Source: an uncultured Acidobacteriota bacterium
GTDB lineage: Bacteria > Acidobacteriota > UBA6911 > CAINFC01
Reading direction: 5' to 3'
Assembly: GCA_903847975.1 (NCBI GenBank)
Contig: CAINFC010000242.1
Span: 13,187-77,186, forward strand
DNA: 64,000 nt
In this document: positions 28,761 to 37,871 of the stretch, piece by piece
Layout: each line of letters starts with the position of its first letter
How positions within the stretch are numbered: position 1 is the stretch's first letter
Notes under the pieces: generated by a model
What the model was told of the DNA's origin: nothing
The model's input: the letters and a program-made list of their open reading frames with translations, nothing else
Databases searched by the model: none
Position numbers and translations under genes: made by a program

Positions 28761-29552
28761 ATGGCAATCAATAGACATAGTTCTGCAAAAGCGGAACAGC
28801 TGAGTGCAAGTCTGGAAGATTATCTGGAAACGATTCTTCAACTGGTCCAGGAAAATAAGGTCGCCCGGGCGAAGGATATCTCCACGCAGATGCAAGTCAG
28901 AAAATCATCCGTTACCAGCGCTCTGAAGACTCTATCGGAGAAAGGATTCATTCATTATACGCCTTATGGCTTCATCACCCTGACCGAATCGGGAAAAGCG
29001 ATTGCCGAGGATGTATATCGAAGGCATTCGACTCTAAAGGATTTTTTCATCAAGGTCTTGGCCATCGACGCCGAATTGGCCGACACCGGTGCCTGTCAAA
29101 TGGAACATGCAATTCCACCCGCGATCCTGGATCGGTTCGTACAGTTTATTGAATTTGTGGACCTCTGCCCCCGAGGAAATATCCGATGGGTACAGGACTT
29201 TGGTTATTATTGCCGGCATGGACATCCGCAGCAGAATTGTATGCGCTGCGTTCAGATGACCGTTGATGAACTTGCCCAGGATCAAAGCAATTTCAACAAC
29301 GGAGAAAAAGTGCTTTCCTTGACGGCCCTGAAGCCTGGACAAAAAGCCCAAGTCCGTTCTATCAGGGGCGAAAAAAAATTGGCCGAAAGGCTTATTAAAA
29401 TGGAGGTAATGCCCGGAGCATTTATTACTCTCATCCATGTGGCCTCAAATGCAGACAGAATCGAAATTGCTGTTCGCGAAAGCCGTTTCATACTGACGAA
29501 GCAGGAAGCGGATCAGGTTCAGATCGTTTCCATCAGCAACCCCGGCGAATGA
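28761..29552 (+). CDS. DtxR/MntR family metal-dependent repressor with Cys-rich linker and FeoA-like domain
   Basis: SLEDYLETI, SSVTSAL, RRH, ACQMEH; C-terminal LKPGQKA...PGA. Confidence 0.92.
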   Translation: MAINRHSSAKAEQLSASLEDYLETILQLVQENKVARAKDISTQMQVRKSSVTSALKTLSEKGFIHYTPYGFITLTESGKAIAEDVYRRHSTLKDFFIKVLAIDAELADTGACQMEHAIPPAILDRFVQFIEFVDLCPRGNIRWVQDFGYYCRHGHPQQNCMRCVQMTVDELAQDQSNFNNGEKVLSLTALKPGQKAQVRSIRGEKKLAERLIKMEVMPGAFITLIHVASNADRIEIAVRESRFILTKQEADQVQIVSISNPGE

Positions 29553-29578
29553 TATCCGGCAATCACCCCAGGTAACTC

Positions 29579-29602
29579 GGCGGCATCAGGTCGCTTTTTT
29601 TT
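29579..29602 (+). terminator. Weak intrinsic terminator after the regulator gene
   Basis: GGCGGC-atcag-GTCGCT followed by a T run. Confidence 0.5.
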
Positions 29603-29613
29603 GGGCTCCAATA

Positions 29614-29629
29614 GTTAGATTGGTCTTAC
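29614..29629 (+). promoter_or_regulatory. Second DtxR/MntR-type operator
   Basis: GTTAG-ATTGGT-CTTAC, one mismatch from the arms of the box at 28733. Confidence 0.6.
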
Positions 29630-29699
29630 ATAGTACATTGAGGCATATATTGTTCATATTAACTAATGCTTCCATGATTGAGAAAATGAAGGAGAAAAA

Positions 29700-30917
29700 A
29701 TGAAAAAAATACTAAATTTAAGCCGATTTAATGGAAAAAAGACCTGGGCCGGCTCGATCCTCGTGTTAGCCGTTCTCAGCATGTTAACTCTGTCGATCAC
29801 TCCGGCTTATGCTATCAAGGCCTGGGCGGCAAAACATAACATGACATGTAATGCCTGCCATGTGGGACCAGGGAGCGGGCCGTTGACACTGACCGGGCAG
29901 AATTTCCAGCGAAACGGCTTCCGCATGACCGGCGAGGACAAGAGCACAAGCGACTGGGCCAAGCTGTTCAGTTTCAACGTCAAGCTCCGGGCCCACGATT
30001 CGAATGCCGCCGGAAGGAATGCCACCTTTGAGGCACATGCGGTGGAGCTTTTCAGCGGCGGAAATTTGTCGAAACATTTTTCCTATTTCACCGAATTGTA
30101 TCTGTATGAAAACACGGGAAGGACGACTTCTGCGGTCAACAGCGACCTGGGACGCGGCAAGCTGGCAGATGCGTACCTGATGTACAACTCCCATCCATCC
30201 AGGGAGATTTACACCACAGTCCGCTTTGGACAGATCACGCCGGGGCTGCCCGACTCAGGCCCTCGTTTTTCCGAAACCCGCCCGTACATCATCAACAACT
30301 CAGCAGTATCGCCCAACACTTTCCGTCCCTTCCAGCGAAACTTCGGAGTGTCCATTGCCCAGCACTTAAAGTCTTTTCATGCCGAGTTTTCATTGGTTAA
30401 CGGGACGGGATCTTCGCCGACCAACTCAATCGATACGAACGAGACCAAGGATTTTTATTTGGTACTCGACCAGGACCTCGGTCAAAGTACCAATATAGGT
30501 GCATTCGGGTACAAAGGTCGCGGAGTAATTATTCCGTCTTCCGGGTTCGCCTGGGAGAACCGGTTCCATCGCTATGGGGCCTTCGCGCAGATCTCAATGG
30601 GGCAACTCAGTTTCCTGGGGATGGTTAGCGGCGGTCGAGAACAACTAACCCCACAGGGCAGAAAAGCGAAAAATCTAGGTTTGTTGGGGGAGGCAGCCTT
30701 CATGGTCACGGATAAGCTGTCGCTGTTCGGACGATATGACTTTTTCGACCCGAATCAAGAGATGGCCAACGACCATTGGAGCGGCCCCATGGTCGGAGCG
30801 GGGTATGCATTTGCCGACAGCGGCCGGGTTACTTTTGAATACCACAAGCAGGGAAAATTTGTATCGACGGGAAACATGCCCTGGGAATACCGGGTGGAGG
30901 TTGCTTTTATGTTTTGA
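29700..30917 (+). CDS. Cyc2-like monoheme cytochrome c-outer membrane porin fusion
   Basis: AAGGAG RBS; signal peptide; CNACH at 29847-29861 within AIKAWAAKHNMTCNACH...LT..G..F..NGF; amphipathic strands; terminal Phe. Confidence 0.75.
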   Translation: MKKILNLSRFNGKKTWAGSILVLAVLSMLTLSITPAYAIKAWAAKHNMTCNACHVGPGSGPLTLTGQNFQRNGFRMTGEDKSTSDWAKLFSFNVKLRAHDSNAAGRNATFEAHAVELFSGGNLSKHFSYFTELYLYENTGRTTSAVNSDLGRGKLADAYLMYNSHPSREIYTTVRFGQITPGLPDSGPRFSETRPYIINNSAVSPNTFRPFQRNFGVSIAQHLKSFHAEFSLVNGTGSSPTNSIDTNETKDFYLVLDQDLGQSTNIGAFGYKGRGVIIPSSGFAWENRFHRYGAFAQISMGQLSFLGMVSGGREQLTPQGRKAKNLGLLGEAAFMVTDKLSLFGRYDFFDPNQEMANDHWSGPMVGAGYAFADSGRVTFEYHKQGKFVSTGNMPWEYRVEVAFMF

Positions 30918-30929
30918 ACGAGAGATTTC

Positions 30930-31628
30930 TCACTGGTTGTCCTCTCCTTTGTCCGGCTCCTTCAGCGGTATCAACAGCTCCGGGGAGTCGTTCCCGGGGC
31001 GGTTCACCAGGGTGCGTACGGGGTAGCATTTCATCCGCTCGGACGGAAACGGAACCAGTAGCCCCTGCAGCTCATCCGGGCAGCTTTCGGGTGACAGCCA
31101 GGCACGGAAAGATTCCGGCGCCAGGATCACCGGCATGCGGTGGTGAATCGGCTCCATCCGCTCGTTGGGGGATGTAGTGAGAATGGCGCAGGTTTCGATG
31201 TCGCTGCCATCGGGCGAATGCCACTGCTCCCAGAGCCCGGCAAAGGAGAGGGGCCGGCCATCGTCGGAAGTGATGAACCACGGCTGCTTGCTCTTCCCTT
31301 CCTTTTTCTGCCACTCGTAAAAACCGCTGGCGGGAATAAGGCAGCGCCGGCGGCGGAACGCGGAGCGAAACGAAGGCTTTTCCGCAGCGGTTTCCGAACG
31401 CGCGTTGATCAGGCTGCCGCCGACGGATGGATCCTTGCTCCAGGAAGGGATCAGACCCCAGTGAACCCAGGCCGCCTGACGGGAACCGTCCGGAAGTTCC
31501 CGGACAATCAGCACCGGCTGGGAAGGGGCGATGTTGTACCGGGGCGGAACCGAACCCGGTTCCACTTGGACGCGGTATAGCTGCGACAGCAGCTCTGCGG
31601 ACAGAAAGCAGGTAAATCGACCGCACAT
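30930..31628 (-). CDS. SOS response-associated peptidase (SRAP/HMCES family)
   Basis: N-terminal MCGRF; NARSET; GFYEW; HHRMP; GGAGG upstream. Confidence 0.93.
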   Translation of the reverse strand: MCGRFTCFLSAELLSQLYRVQVEPGSVPPRYNIAPSQPVLIVRELPDGSRQAAWVHWGLIPSWSKDPSVGGSLINARSETAAEKPSFRSAFRRRRCLIPASGFYEWQKKEGKSKQPWFITSDDGRPLSFAGLWEQWHSPDGSDIETCAILTTSPNERMEPIHHRMPVILAPESFRAWLSPESCPDELQGLLVPFPSERMKCYPVRTLVNRPGNDSPELLIPLKEPDKGEDNQ

Positions 31629-31692
31629 TCGGCCCTCCGCTCTTAGTTTCCGGCCCGATGGACCCGAGGGAGAATGACGCACATCGCGAAGC

Positions 31693-32727
31693 TCATTTCT
31701 TCCCGCGACCCGCTTTGGTTTCGCGAAGCAGGAGGTGCTCGCCGGTGCGTATATCCAGCTTCCAGGGGACCGGCTCCGGCAGCCACATCCTTCCGCCGCC
31801 GATTTCCAGGGGCATCCATAGGTATCGGGAGTCCCACTGCGTTTCCGGCTTCCAAACGTCCCCCATGAAAATGACCGTGGTGCTCCTGCTTCCAACGATC
31901 TTCAGCAGCATGCTGGATTGGGATCCGTAGGTGTTGGTTGACGGCGGAGCGATGTCCCGGAATTCGCTCCATGGCCCTTCCAGTCTTGTGGCCGTGGCAT
32001 ATTTGTTGGGATTGGGCTTCCAGCCGGTCAGCGCCGACCCCAGGACATAATAGAGGCCGTCGTAATGAACCAGCGCCCCTCCTTCGATCGGAGCCTTGAT
32101 CAGGCACACGTCTTTCTCGACACTCAGATAGTCCGCGGAAAGCCGCGCGATATGAAATCCGTTGGGGCGGTCCTCGAAAATAAGGTAGGCGCTTCCGTCG
32201 TCGTCGATGAACTGGCCGATATCCCTGCTTTCCATGCCGAGAGGACGGAAGGAGCGGACGTAGCGGAACGGCCCCTCCGCCTTGTCGCTCAGGGCCACGC
32301 CGACCCGGGCGAAGCGGTACCCGCCCTCGCCCGGCCCTCTGGGTCCGTCCAGGTGCATGTACATGACAAACTTTCGGGTGCCGGCGTTGTAAAAAACCTT
32401 AGGGCGTTCCAGCACCCAGGTATCCCCGATTCCTTCCGGATCGGACAGCTTGAGGGCGTCGCCCCGGAAGGTCCAGTTTACCAGGTCCTTCGAAGCGTAG
32501 CAGCTCACGTACCGGTATTCCGGATCGAGCCCCTGCCTTCTCTGCTCACCATACCAATAAAAAGTCGAGCCGATCTTCAGGATCCCTCCGCCGTGGGCCT
32601 GAATATGGTTGCCGGACTTGTCGAGCCAGACTTCTTTCGGCCGGAACACGTTCCGCTGGGCAAAGGAGGAGACGGATAGAAGAATCACGATTGCCGGTAA
32701 AAATATCTTTTGGGGTGTTTGTCGCAT
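31693..32727 (-). CDS. GH43 glycoside hydrolase (exo-beta-1,3-galactanase-like)
   Basis: IQAHGGG, YWYGE, ERPKV, SRD, TYGSQS. Confidence 0.85.
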   Translation of the reverse strand: MRQTPQKIFLPAIVILLSVSSFAQRNVFRPKEVWLDKSGNHIQAHGGGILKIGSTFYWYGEQRRQGLDPEYRYVSCYASKDLVNWTFRGDALKLSDPEGIGDTWVLERPKVFYNAGTRKFVMYMHLDGPRGPGEGGYRFARVGVALSDKAEGPFRYVRSFRPLGMESRDIGQFIDDDGSAYLIFEDRPNGFHIARLSADYLSVEKDVCLIKAPIEGGALVHYDGLYYVLGSALTGWKPNPNKYATATRLEGPWSEFRDIAPPSTNTYGSQSSMLLKIVGSRSTTVIFMGDVWKPETQWDSRYLWMPLEIGGGRMWLPEPVPWKLDIRTGEHLLLRETKAGRGKK

Positions 32728-32937
32728 AGCCGTTCCCGAGGATGAACGCTTACATGGTAAAACGAAAAGTCCGTTTCGACAAGTGGCCACCCCGCCATGC
32801 GCCGCCCTGCGCCCGGCAACATCCAGGTCGATAAGGATTCATCGATCACCGACCTCCCCGTGAGGAATGATCCTCCTTCTCCGCAATTTCCGCTTTTTTA
32901 ACATGCCGATCGAAAAAGACGAGATAAAAGGGGAATG

Positions 32938-32966
32938 TTGACTGCAACGGAAAGACCGACTAAAAT
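32938..32966 (+). promoter_or_regulatory. Sigma70 promoter of the orphan gene
   Basis: TTGACT-17 bp-TAAAAT; AGGAGG at 32987-32992. Confidence 0.7.
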
Positions 32967-32999
32967 GGCATGAAAGACTACTACACAGGAGGACCCGTA

Positions 33000-33788
33000 A
33001 TGTATTCCAGGTTTACCGGACAGCCCAAGGTCATTCATCCGGACTCGCCTGCCGGCAGAACTTTCCGCTGGGATCCGACGGAAATACCCCACCCGGCTTC
33101 GCCTGCCGGTCGCTGCTTCGACTGGTCGATTCTGGCCGCTCCTCATCCCGGCTCTCCGGCAGGAAGGAATTTTGACTGGCACTGGTCTGCGGTTTGGCCG
33201 CCTGCCTGCCCGGGCGATTCGTCCCCGCTCGGTTCGTTCGGGCCGATAGGCGACCACCGCCCGAGGACCAACTGGACTGCCTACATTCAAAGCCTGGACT
33301 TGGGAGTTCCCGCCAACTGCGGAGCCCTCTGGTCCAAGCTTTTTGACGGACCCCTTCCTCCCAATGCGCAGCCGAGCTCCCTTTCCGACGGGGATGTCGC
33401 TACGGCACTTGCCGCCCAACACGGACGCTTCACGCTGGAGTCAAAACTGGCGGCTACGGATTTCTGGAAGCGCTACCGGGCCGAGTTTCCAGCCGTAAAC
33501 GGCAAACCTGTATGGAATGCGCGCACCCAGGGAATCTGGAAGATGCTTTCCGAAAAGTTCGCCTCCGGGCTCAGGGGACATGTTGTCGCCTATGTGGATT
33601 CCATTGAGGTGATTAACGCCTTCAACCGCGGAGAGCCTCCCATCCTGTCCAATGAACTGCGGGCGATTCGGGCACGTATGTCACAGAACCGCAATATCAC
33701 CCGCGTCACCTTTCAGGATATCTGGACCCAAACGCGCACGCAGGAGCTTTCCTTGCCCGTCCTGGATGAGACCATCCGGTTTCATTGA
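33000..33788 (+). CDS. Repeat-containing protein with a putative ADP-ribosyl cyclase/NAD glycohydrolase (CD38-like) domain
   Basis: Promoter and RBS favour ATG 33000; three HPxSPAGRxFxW repeats; LWS, FTLE, WKMLSEKFA..G.V, SNEL motifs. Confidence 0.6.
   Translation: MYSRFTGQPKVIHPDSPAGRTFRWDPTEIPHPASPAGRCFDWSILAAPHPGSPAGRNFDWHWSAVWPPACPGDSSPLGSFGPIGDHRPRTNWTAYIQSLDLGVPANCGALWSKLFDGPLPPNAQPSSLSDGDVATALAAQHGRFTLESKLAATDFWKRYRAEFPAVNGKPVWNARTQGIWKMLSEKFASGLRGHVVAYVDSIEVINAFNRGEPPILSNELRAIRARMSQNRNITRVTFQDIWTQTRTQELSLPVLDETIRFH
33036..33179 (+). repeat. Three 54-bp/18-aa coding repeats
   Basis: His codons at 33036, 33090, 33144: HPDSPAGRTFRW, HPASPAGRCFDW, HPGSPAGRNFDW. Confidence 0.9.
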
Positions 33789-33819
33789 GGTCCTCGCATC
33801 GGTGGAAGGAAAGTAGAAA

Positions 33820-33895
33820 TGGAGCGGGCAACGGGCCTCGAACCCGCGACCCCAAGCTTGGGAAGCTTGTACTCTACCAGCTGAGCTATGCCCGC
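33820..33895 (-). tRNA. tRNA-Gly(CCC)
   Basis: GCGGGCATAGCTCAGCTGGTAGAGTACAAGCTTCCCAAGCTTGGGGTCGCGGGTTCGAGGCCCGTTGCCCGCTCCA; 76-nt cloverleaf with encoded CCA. Confidence 0.97.
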
Positions 33896-33907
33896 TCTAC
33901 GATCTAC

Positions 33908-33936
33908 AATATAGAATTGTTTGTGATCCTTGTCAA
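33908..33936 (-). promoter_or_regulatory. tRNA promoter
   Basis: TTGACA-17 bp-TATATT on the minus strand. Confidence 0.8.
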
Positions 33937-34018
33937 CCGTCTTTTGGAAGAATCCCACCCCGGGCCTCTCTTCGCCCTGGCGGGACTTTCCCTTCCGCGC
34001 GGGAGCGGACTTCGGCAT

Positions 34019-35581
34019 TCAGTCGATCCGGTAGTGGCAGCCGTGGCTCTGCCTGGCTTCCATGGCAGCCAGGAGAACCACCAGGGCGGTCTGGATCCCG
34101 TTTCGCAAACCGACGAGGGAATCGCTGATTTCCGATCGGACGTAAAAACGCCCTATTTCCAGGTGCAGCTCGCGCAGGATTTCATGCGCCCTCTCCAGGC
34201 GCTTCTTGCTGCGCACCAGTCCCACGTAGTTCCACATGGTGTGGCGAATGGTCAACCAGTCCTGAGCGATCCAGGCCGGATCCACCGGCTCCTTTTCGTA
34301 GTTCCAGGGGGAAATTTCCGGCATGTAATACGCCGCTCCACGGAGGATGGATTCCGCGGCATCCTCTCCTGCCCGGACGCCCCAAACCAGACACTCCAGA
34401 AGCGAGGTGCTGGCCAGCCGGTTGGCCCCGTGGACGCCGGTGCAGGAAACCTCACCCGCGGCCCGCAGCCGCTCCATGCTGGTCCGGCCCCAAAGGTCCA
34501 CGGCCACGCCGCCGCAGCTGTAGTGTGCGGCCGGGACGACCGGGATGGGCTGCCGGGTAATATCGATTCCCGCGGCCAGGCACTGATCGTGGATTCTGGG
34601 AAATCGACCCCGGACCCACTCCGCCGGACGATGGGAAATATCCAGGTAGGCGCACGGCGCGCCGCTTTCCAGCATCATGTGGTGAATCCCGCGGGCCACG
34701 ATATCCCTCGGAGCCAGGGATCCCGCCCGGTGGAAGCGGGTCATGAAATCCGCTCCGTGGGAATCCAAAAGCCTGGCCCCCTCTCCCCGCATGGATTCGC
34801 TAATCAGGAAGCGATCCCCCTCGTGGTACAGAGTGGTGGGATGAAACTGCACGAACTGCAGATTGATGCACCGGGCTCCGGCCCGATACGCCATGGCGAT
34901 CCCATCGCCGCGCGCCGAGATCGGGTTGCTGGTATGCAGATAGATCCTTCCCAGTCCTCCGGTGGCCAGAATGGTTTCCCTGGCCATCACCGTCTTCACT
35001 TCGCCGCTTTTCTGATCCAGGATATAGGCACCGACGCAGGTCGGACGGCTGTAAATGTCAACCGGATTCTGCGAGTGGTGCGAGAGAGAGAGCAGGTCCA
35101 CCGCGGTGTGGCCGGTCAGCACGGAGATGTTCGGCTCCCGGCGCAGGGCCGCGGCGATCGCCGTTTCGATGGAACGGCCGGTGGCGTCCTTGGCGTGGAT
35201 GATGCGGGCAACGGAATGAGCCGCTTCCGAAGTCAGGTCGAGCGCGCCGGAAAGTTCCGGCCTTCGGTCGAAATCGACGCCAATATCCTCGATCAGCACC
35301 TCCTGGACCAGGCGCGGCCCCTCCTGCGCCAATACGGCAACCGCGGCCGGGTCGCACATCCCGGAACCGGCTGCCAGGATATCCCGTCCCAGCTGCTCCG
35401 GGGAATCCTCTTTGCCGCGGAAAATGATCCCGCCCTGGGCGTACATGGTGTTGCTTTCCTCCAGCACCTCTTCCTTGCTCAGGACGGTCACCGAGACCCC
35501 GCGGCGAGCCGCACGGATCGCTGCAGCACACCCCGCCAGACCGCTGCCGATCACCAGGACATCCGTAAAAATAGCGGACAT
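34019..35581 (-). CDS. nadB: L-aspartate oxidase
   Basis: GSGLAG, AQGGI, QFHPT, HYSCGG, GVHGANRLASTSL. Confidence 0.95.
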   Translation of the reverse strand: MSAIFTDVLVIGSGLAGCAAAIRAARRGVSVTVLSKEEVLEESNTMYAQGGIIFRGKEDSPEQLGRDILAAGSGMCDPAAVAVLAQEGPRLVQEVLIEDIGVDFDRRPELSGALDLTSEAAHSVARIIHAKDATGRSIETAIAAALRREPNISVLTGHTAVDLLSLSHHSQNPVDIYSRPTCVGAYILDQKSGEVKTVMARETILATGGLGRIYLHTSNPISARGDGIAMAYRAGARCINLQFVQFHPTTLYHEGDRFLISESMRGEGARLLDSHGADFMTRFHRAGSLAPRDIVARGIHHMMLESGAPCAYLDISHRPAEWVRGRFPRIHDQCLAAGIDITRQPIPVVPAAHYSCGGVAVDLWGRTSMERLRAAGEVSCTGVHGANRLASTSLLECLVWGVRAGEDAAESILRGAAYYMPEISPWNYEKEPVDPAWIAQDWLTIRHTMWNYVGLVRSKKRLERAHEILRELHLEIGRFYVRSEISDSLVGLRNGIQTALVVLLAAMEARQSHGCHYRID

Positions 35582-35624
35582 AATGTATTTTGCCTTTCTT
35601 TGCCAGCAGTAATGGAGAGAGACC

Positions 35625-36470
35625 TCAGAGTTCAAAATCCAGGGATATATCGACTGCCCGGGCGCTGTGCGTGAGAGCCCCGACCGATATCCCATCCACT
35701 CCGGTCCGGGCATACTCTGCCATCTGCTCCAAGCGGATTCCTCCGGAGGCTTCCAGCCAGCACCCGGAATGGACCGGATGGCGGCGCACCATCCCGACTG
35801 CGGCGGAAATCATCTCCGGAGACATGTTGTCCAGCAGGACTGCCTCCACACCCTCGTCCAAAGCCACCGCCAGCTGCTCCAGGGAATCCACTTCGACCTC
35901 CACCGGCAGCTTCCCTGCCTGCCGAGCCTGCCGCAAGGCGTTGCGGATTCCGCCGCAGGCCGCCAGGTGGTTATCTTTGATCAGCACCGCGTCGAAAAGA
36001 CCGACACGATGATTGCGCCCCCCGCCGCAAACCACCGCATACTTTTCCAGGTGGCGCAAGCCGGGAGTGGTTTTCCGGGTGTCCAGCACAGCGACCGGCC
36101 CGCATTCCCGGGCGATTTCCACAAAGCGGCGGGTCAGGGTGGCAATTCCGGAAAGACGCTGCAGCAGGTTCAGCGCCACCCTCTCCGCCGACAAAAGGGA
36201 CCGGGCCCTGCCGGCAACCCGGGCCAGCGAATCTCCCTTGGAGGCATCGCCCCCCTCCGCCGTGAGCACTTCCATGCGGACCGCAGGATCCAGCTGCCGG
36301 AAGACCATCTCGACGACCGGCAAGCCGCAAACTACCAGGTCTTCCCGGGCCACAAAGTGCCCGGCTGCCGGGAGCGGTTCGGGGACTACAATGTTGGTAG
36401 TTACATCCCCCGGGCCGATATCCTCTTCCAGGAAGCGCCGCACCAAGTCCCGGACGCAGTCCGCATCCAT
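35625..36470 (-). CDS. nadC: Quinolinate phosphoribosyltransferase
   Basis: EDIGPGDVTT, DTRKTTPG, LIKDNH, EASGG; alternative start at 36578 with GGAGG. Confidence 0.95.
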   Translation of the reverse strand: MDADCVRDLVRRFLEEDIGPGDVTTNIVVPEPLPAAGHFVAREDLVVCGLPVVEMVFRQLDPAVRMEVLTAEGGDASKGDSLARVAGRARSLLSAERVALNLLQRLSGIATLTRRFVEIARECGPVAVLDTRKTTPGLRHLEKYAVVCGGGRNHRVGLFDAVLIKDNHLAACGGIRNALRQARQAGKLPVEVEVDSLEQLAVALDEGVEAVLLDNMSPEMISAAVGMVRRHPVHSGCWLEASGGIRLEQMAEYARTGVDGISVGALTHSARAVDISLDFEL

Positions 36471-36713
36471 CCGCGGTTCTCCCGACGTCCGGGTCAGCGG
36501 CAGGGGACAGCGAAGCAGCGGAAACCGCTCCCTGACCTCTTCGCCCAACAAGATTTCTTCCGACAGATCCACGCCCATGGGAAAGCCTCCCTCCGATATT
36601 TCAATCTGCAAACCGGTTCTATATTGTAACTTCTTCCATGATAAAATCCCGTGGAAATCCTCCATGACGGTCTTGGAGATTGCGTATTCAAAGGAAATAT
36701 CCGGGAGAAATTT

Positions 36714-37865
36714 ATGGCATCCGAAGCCGGCACCCAGCCGCAGAGTCCCACCGCCTCCGCCTCCAGGCTCCAGTCGCTCGACGTCTTCCGGGGGATCACC
36801 ATCGCCGCCATGACGCTGGTCAATCACCCGGGGGATGGCAGGACAGTGTACGAACCCCTGAAGCACGCCACCTGGCACGGCTGGACACCCACCGATTTTG
36901 TATTTCCCTTTTTTCTCTTCATCGTCGGCGTGGCGATCACTCTGGCCCTTTCCAAAAGGATGGATGCGGGAACGCCGCGGCGATCCCTGATCGGACAGAT
37001 TGTCCGGCGCAGCGCCATCATTTTCGGGCTTGGGCTGGTGCTCAACGGATTCCCCTACTATGACCTTTCCACCTTGCGCATCCCTGGTGTCCTTCAGCGG
37101 ATTGCCGTCTGCTACCTGGTCGCCTCGCTGCTTTACCTGTACACCGGAATTCGCGCGCAGCTGGCCATCCTGCTTTCCCTGCTTATAGGATACTGGGGAC
37201 TTCTGACCCTGATTCCGGTGCCCGGGGCGGGTGCCGGGCTACTGACCCCGGAAGGGAACCTCTCCGGGTATATCGACCGGATTTTTCTGGAAGGCCATAT
37301 GTACCGCATTACCAAAGTATTTGACCCCGAAGGCATCCTGAGCACCCTGCCCTCCATCGGTACCGTCCTGCTCGGCATCCTCACCGGACATTGGCTGAAA
37401 AAAGCCCCGAACGGCACCCGATGCACCCTGGGCCTGGCGGCTGCGGGCGCTCTGCTGACCTCCCTGGGGCTGGCATGGGATCCCCTTTTCCCCATCAATA
37501 AAATGATCTGGACCAGTTCCTATGCCCTGTTCACCGCCGGCCTGGCCCTGCTGCTTTTCGCGGCCTGCTACTGGCTGACGGATGTGCGCGGATACCGGTT
37601 CTGGAGCAAGCCATTCCTGGTTTTCGGCATGAATGCCATAACGGTATACGTGCTGTCGGGCCTACTTTCCCGAGTGCTGACGCTCATCCGCTGGACCGAT
37701 GCGGCCGGCGGCGCCCTGGACCTGAAGCGTTACCTGTATCAGCAGATTTTTCTTCCCCTGGCCGACCCGATCAACGCCTCGCTTCTCTGGGCGATCAGCT
37801 ACGTGCTGCTCTGGCTGGGGATTATGTGGATTTTTTACCATCGCAGGATTTTCCTGCGCGTCTGA
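36714..37865 (+). CDS. HGSNAT-like membrane acyltransferase
   Basis: SLDVFRG, HATWHG, DFVFPFFLF, GVLQRI, DPEG, INKMIWTSS. Confidence 0.9.
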   Translation: MASEAGTQPQSPTASASRLQSLDVFRGITIAAMTLVNHPGDGRTVYEPLKHATWHGWTPTDFVFPFFLFIVGVAITLALSKRMDAGTPRRSLIGQIVRRSAIIFGLGLVLNGFPYYDLSTLRIPGVLQRIAVCYLVASLLYLYTGIRAQLAILLSLLIGYWGLLTLIPVPGAGAGLLTPEGNLSGYIDRIFLEGHMYRITKVFDPEGILSTLPSIGTVLLGILTGHWLKKAPNGTRCTLGLAAAGALLTSLGLAWDPLFPINKMIWTSSYALFTAGLALLLFAACYWLTDVRGYRFWSKPFLVFGMNAITVYVLSGLLSRVLTLIRWTDAAGGALDLKRYLYQQIFLPLADPINASLLWAISYVLLWLGIMWIFYHRRIFLRV

Positions 37866-37871
37866 GGCAAA

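Noticed and set aside
32970-32999. Upstream ATG for the orphan gene
   Set aside because: It lies 3 nt after the -10 box, upstream of the likely TSS; ATG 33000 has AGGAGG.
33782-34018. 78-aa ORF containing GIAQLVEYKLPKLGVAGS
   Set aside because: It is the translation of the tRNA-Gly gene.
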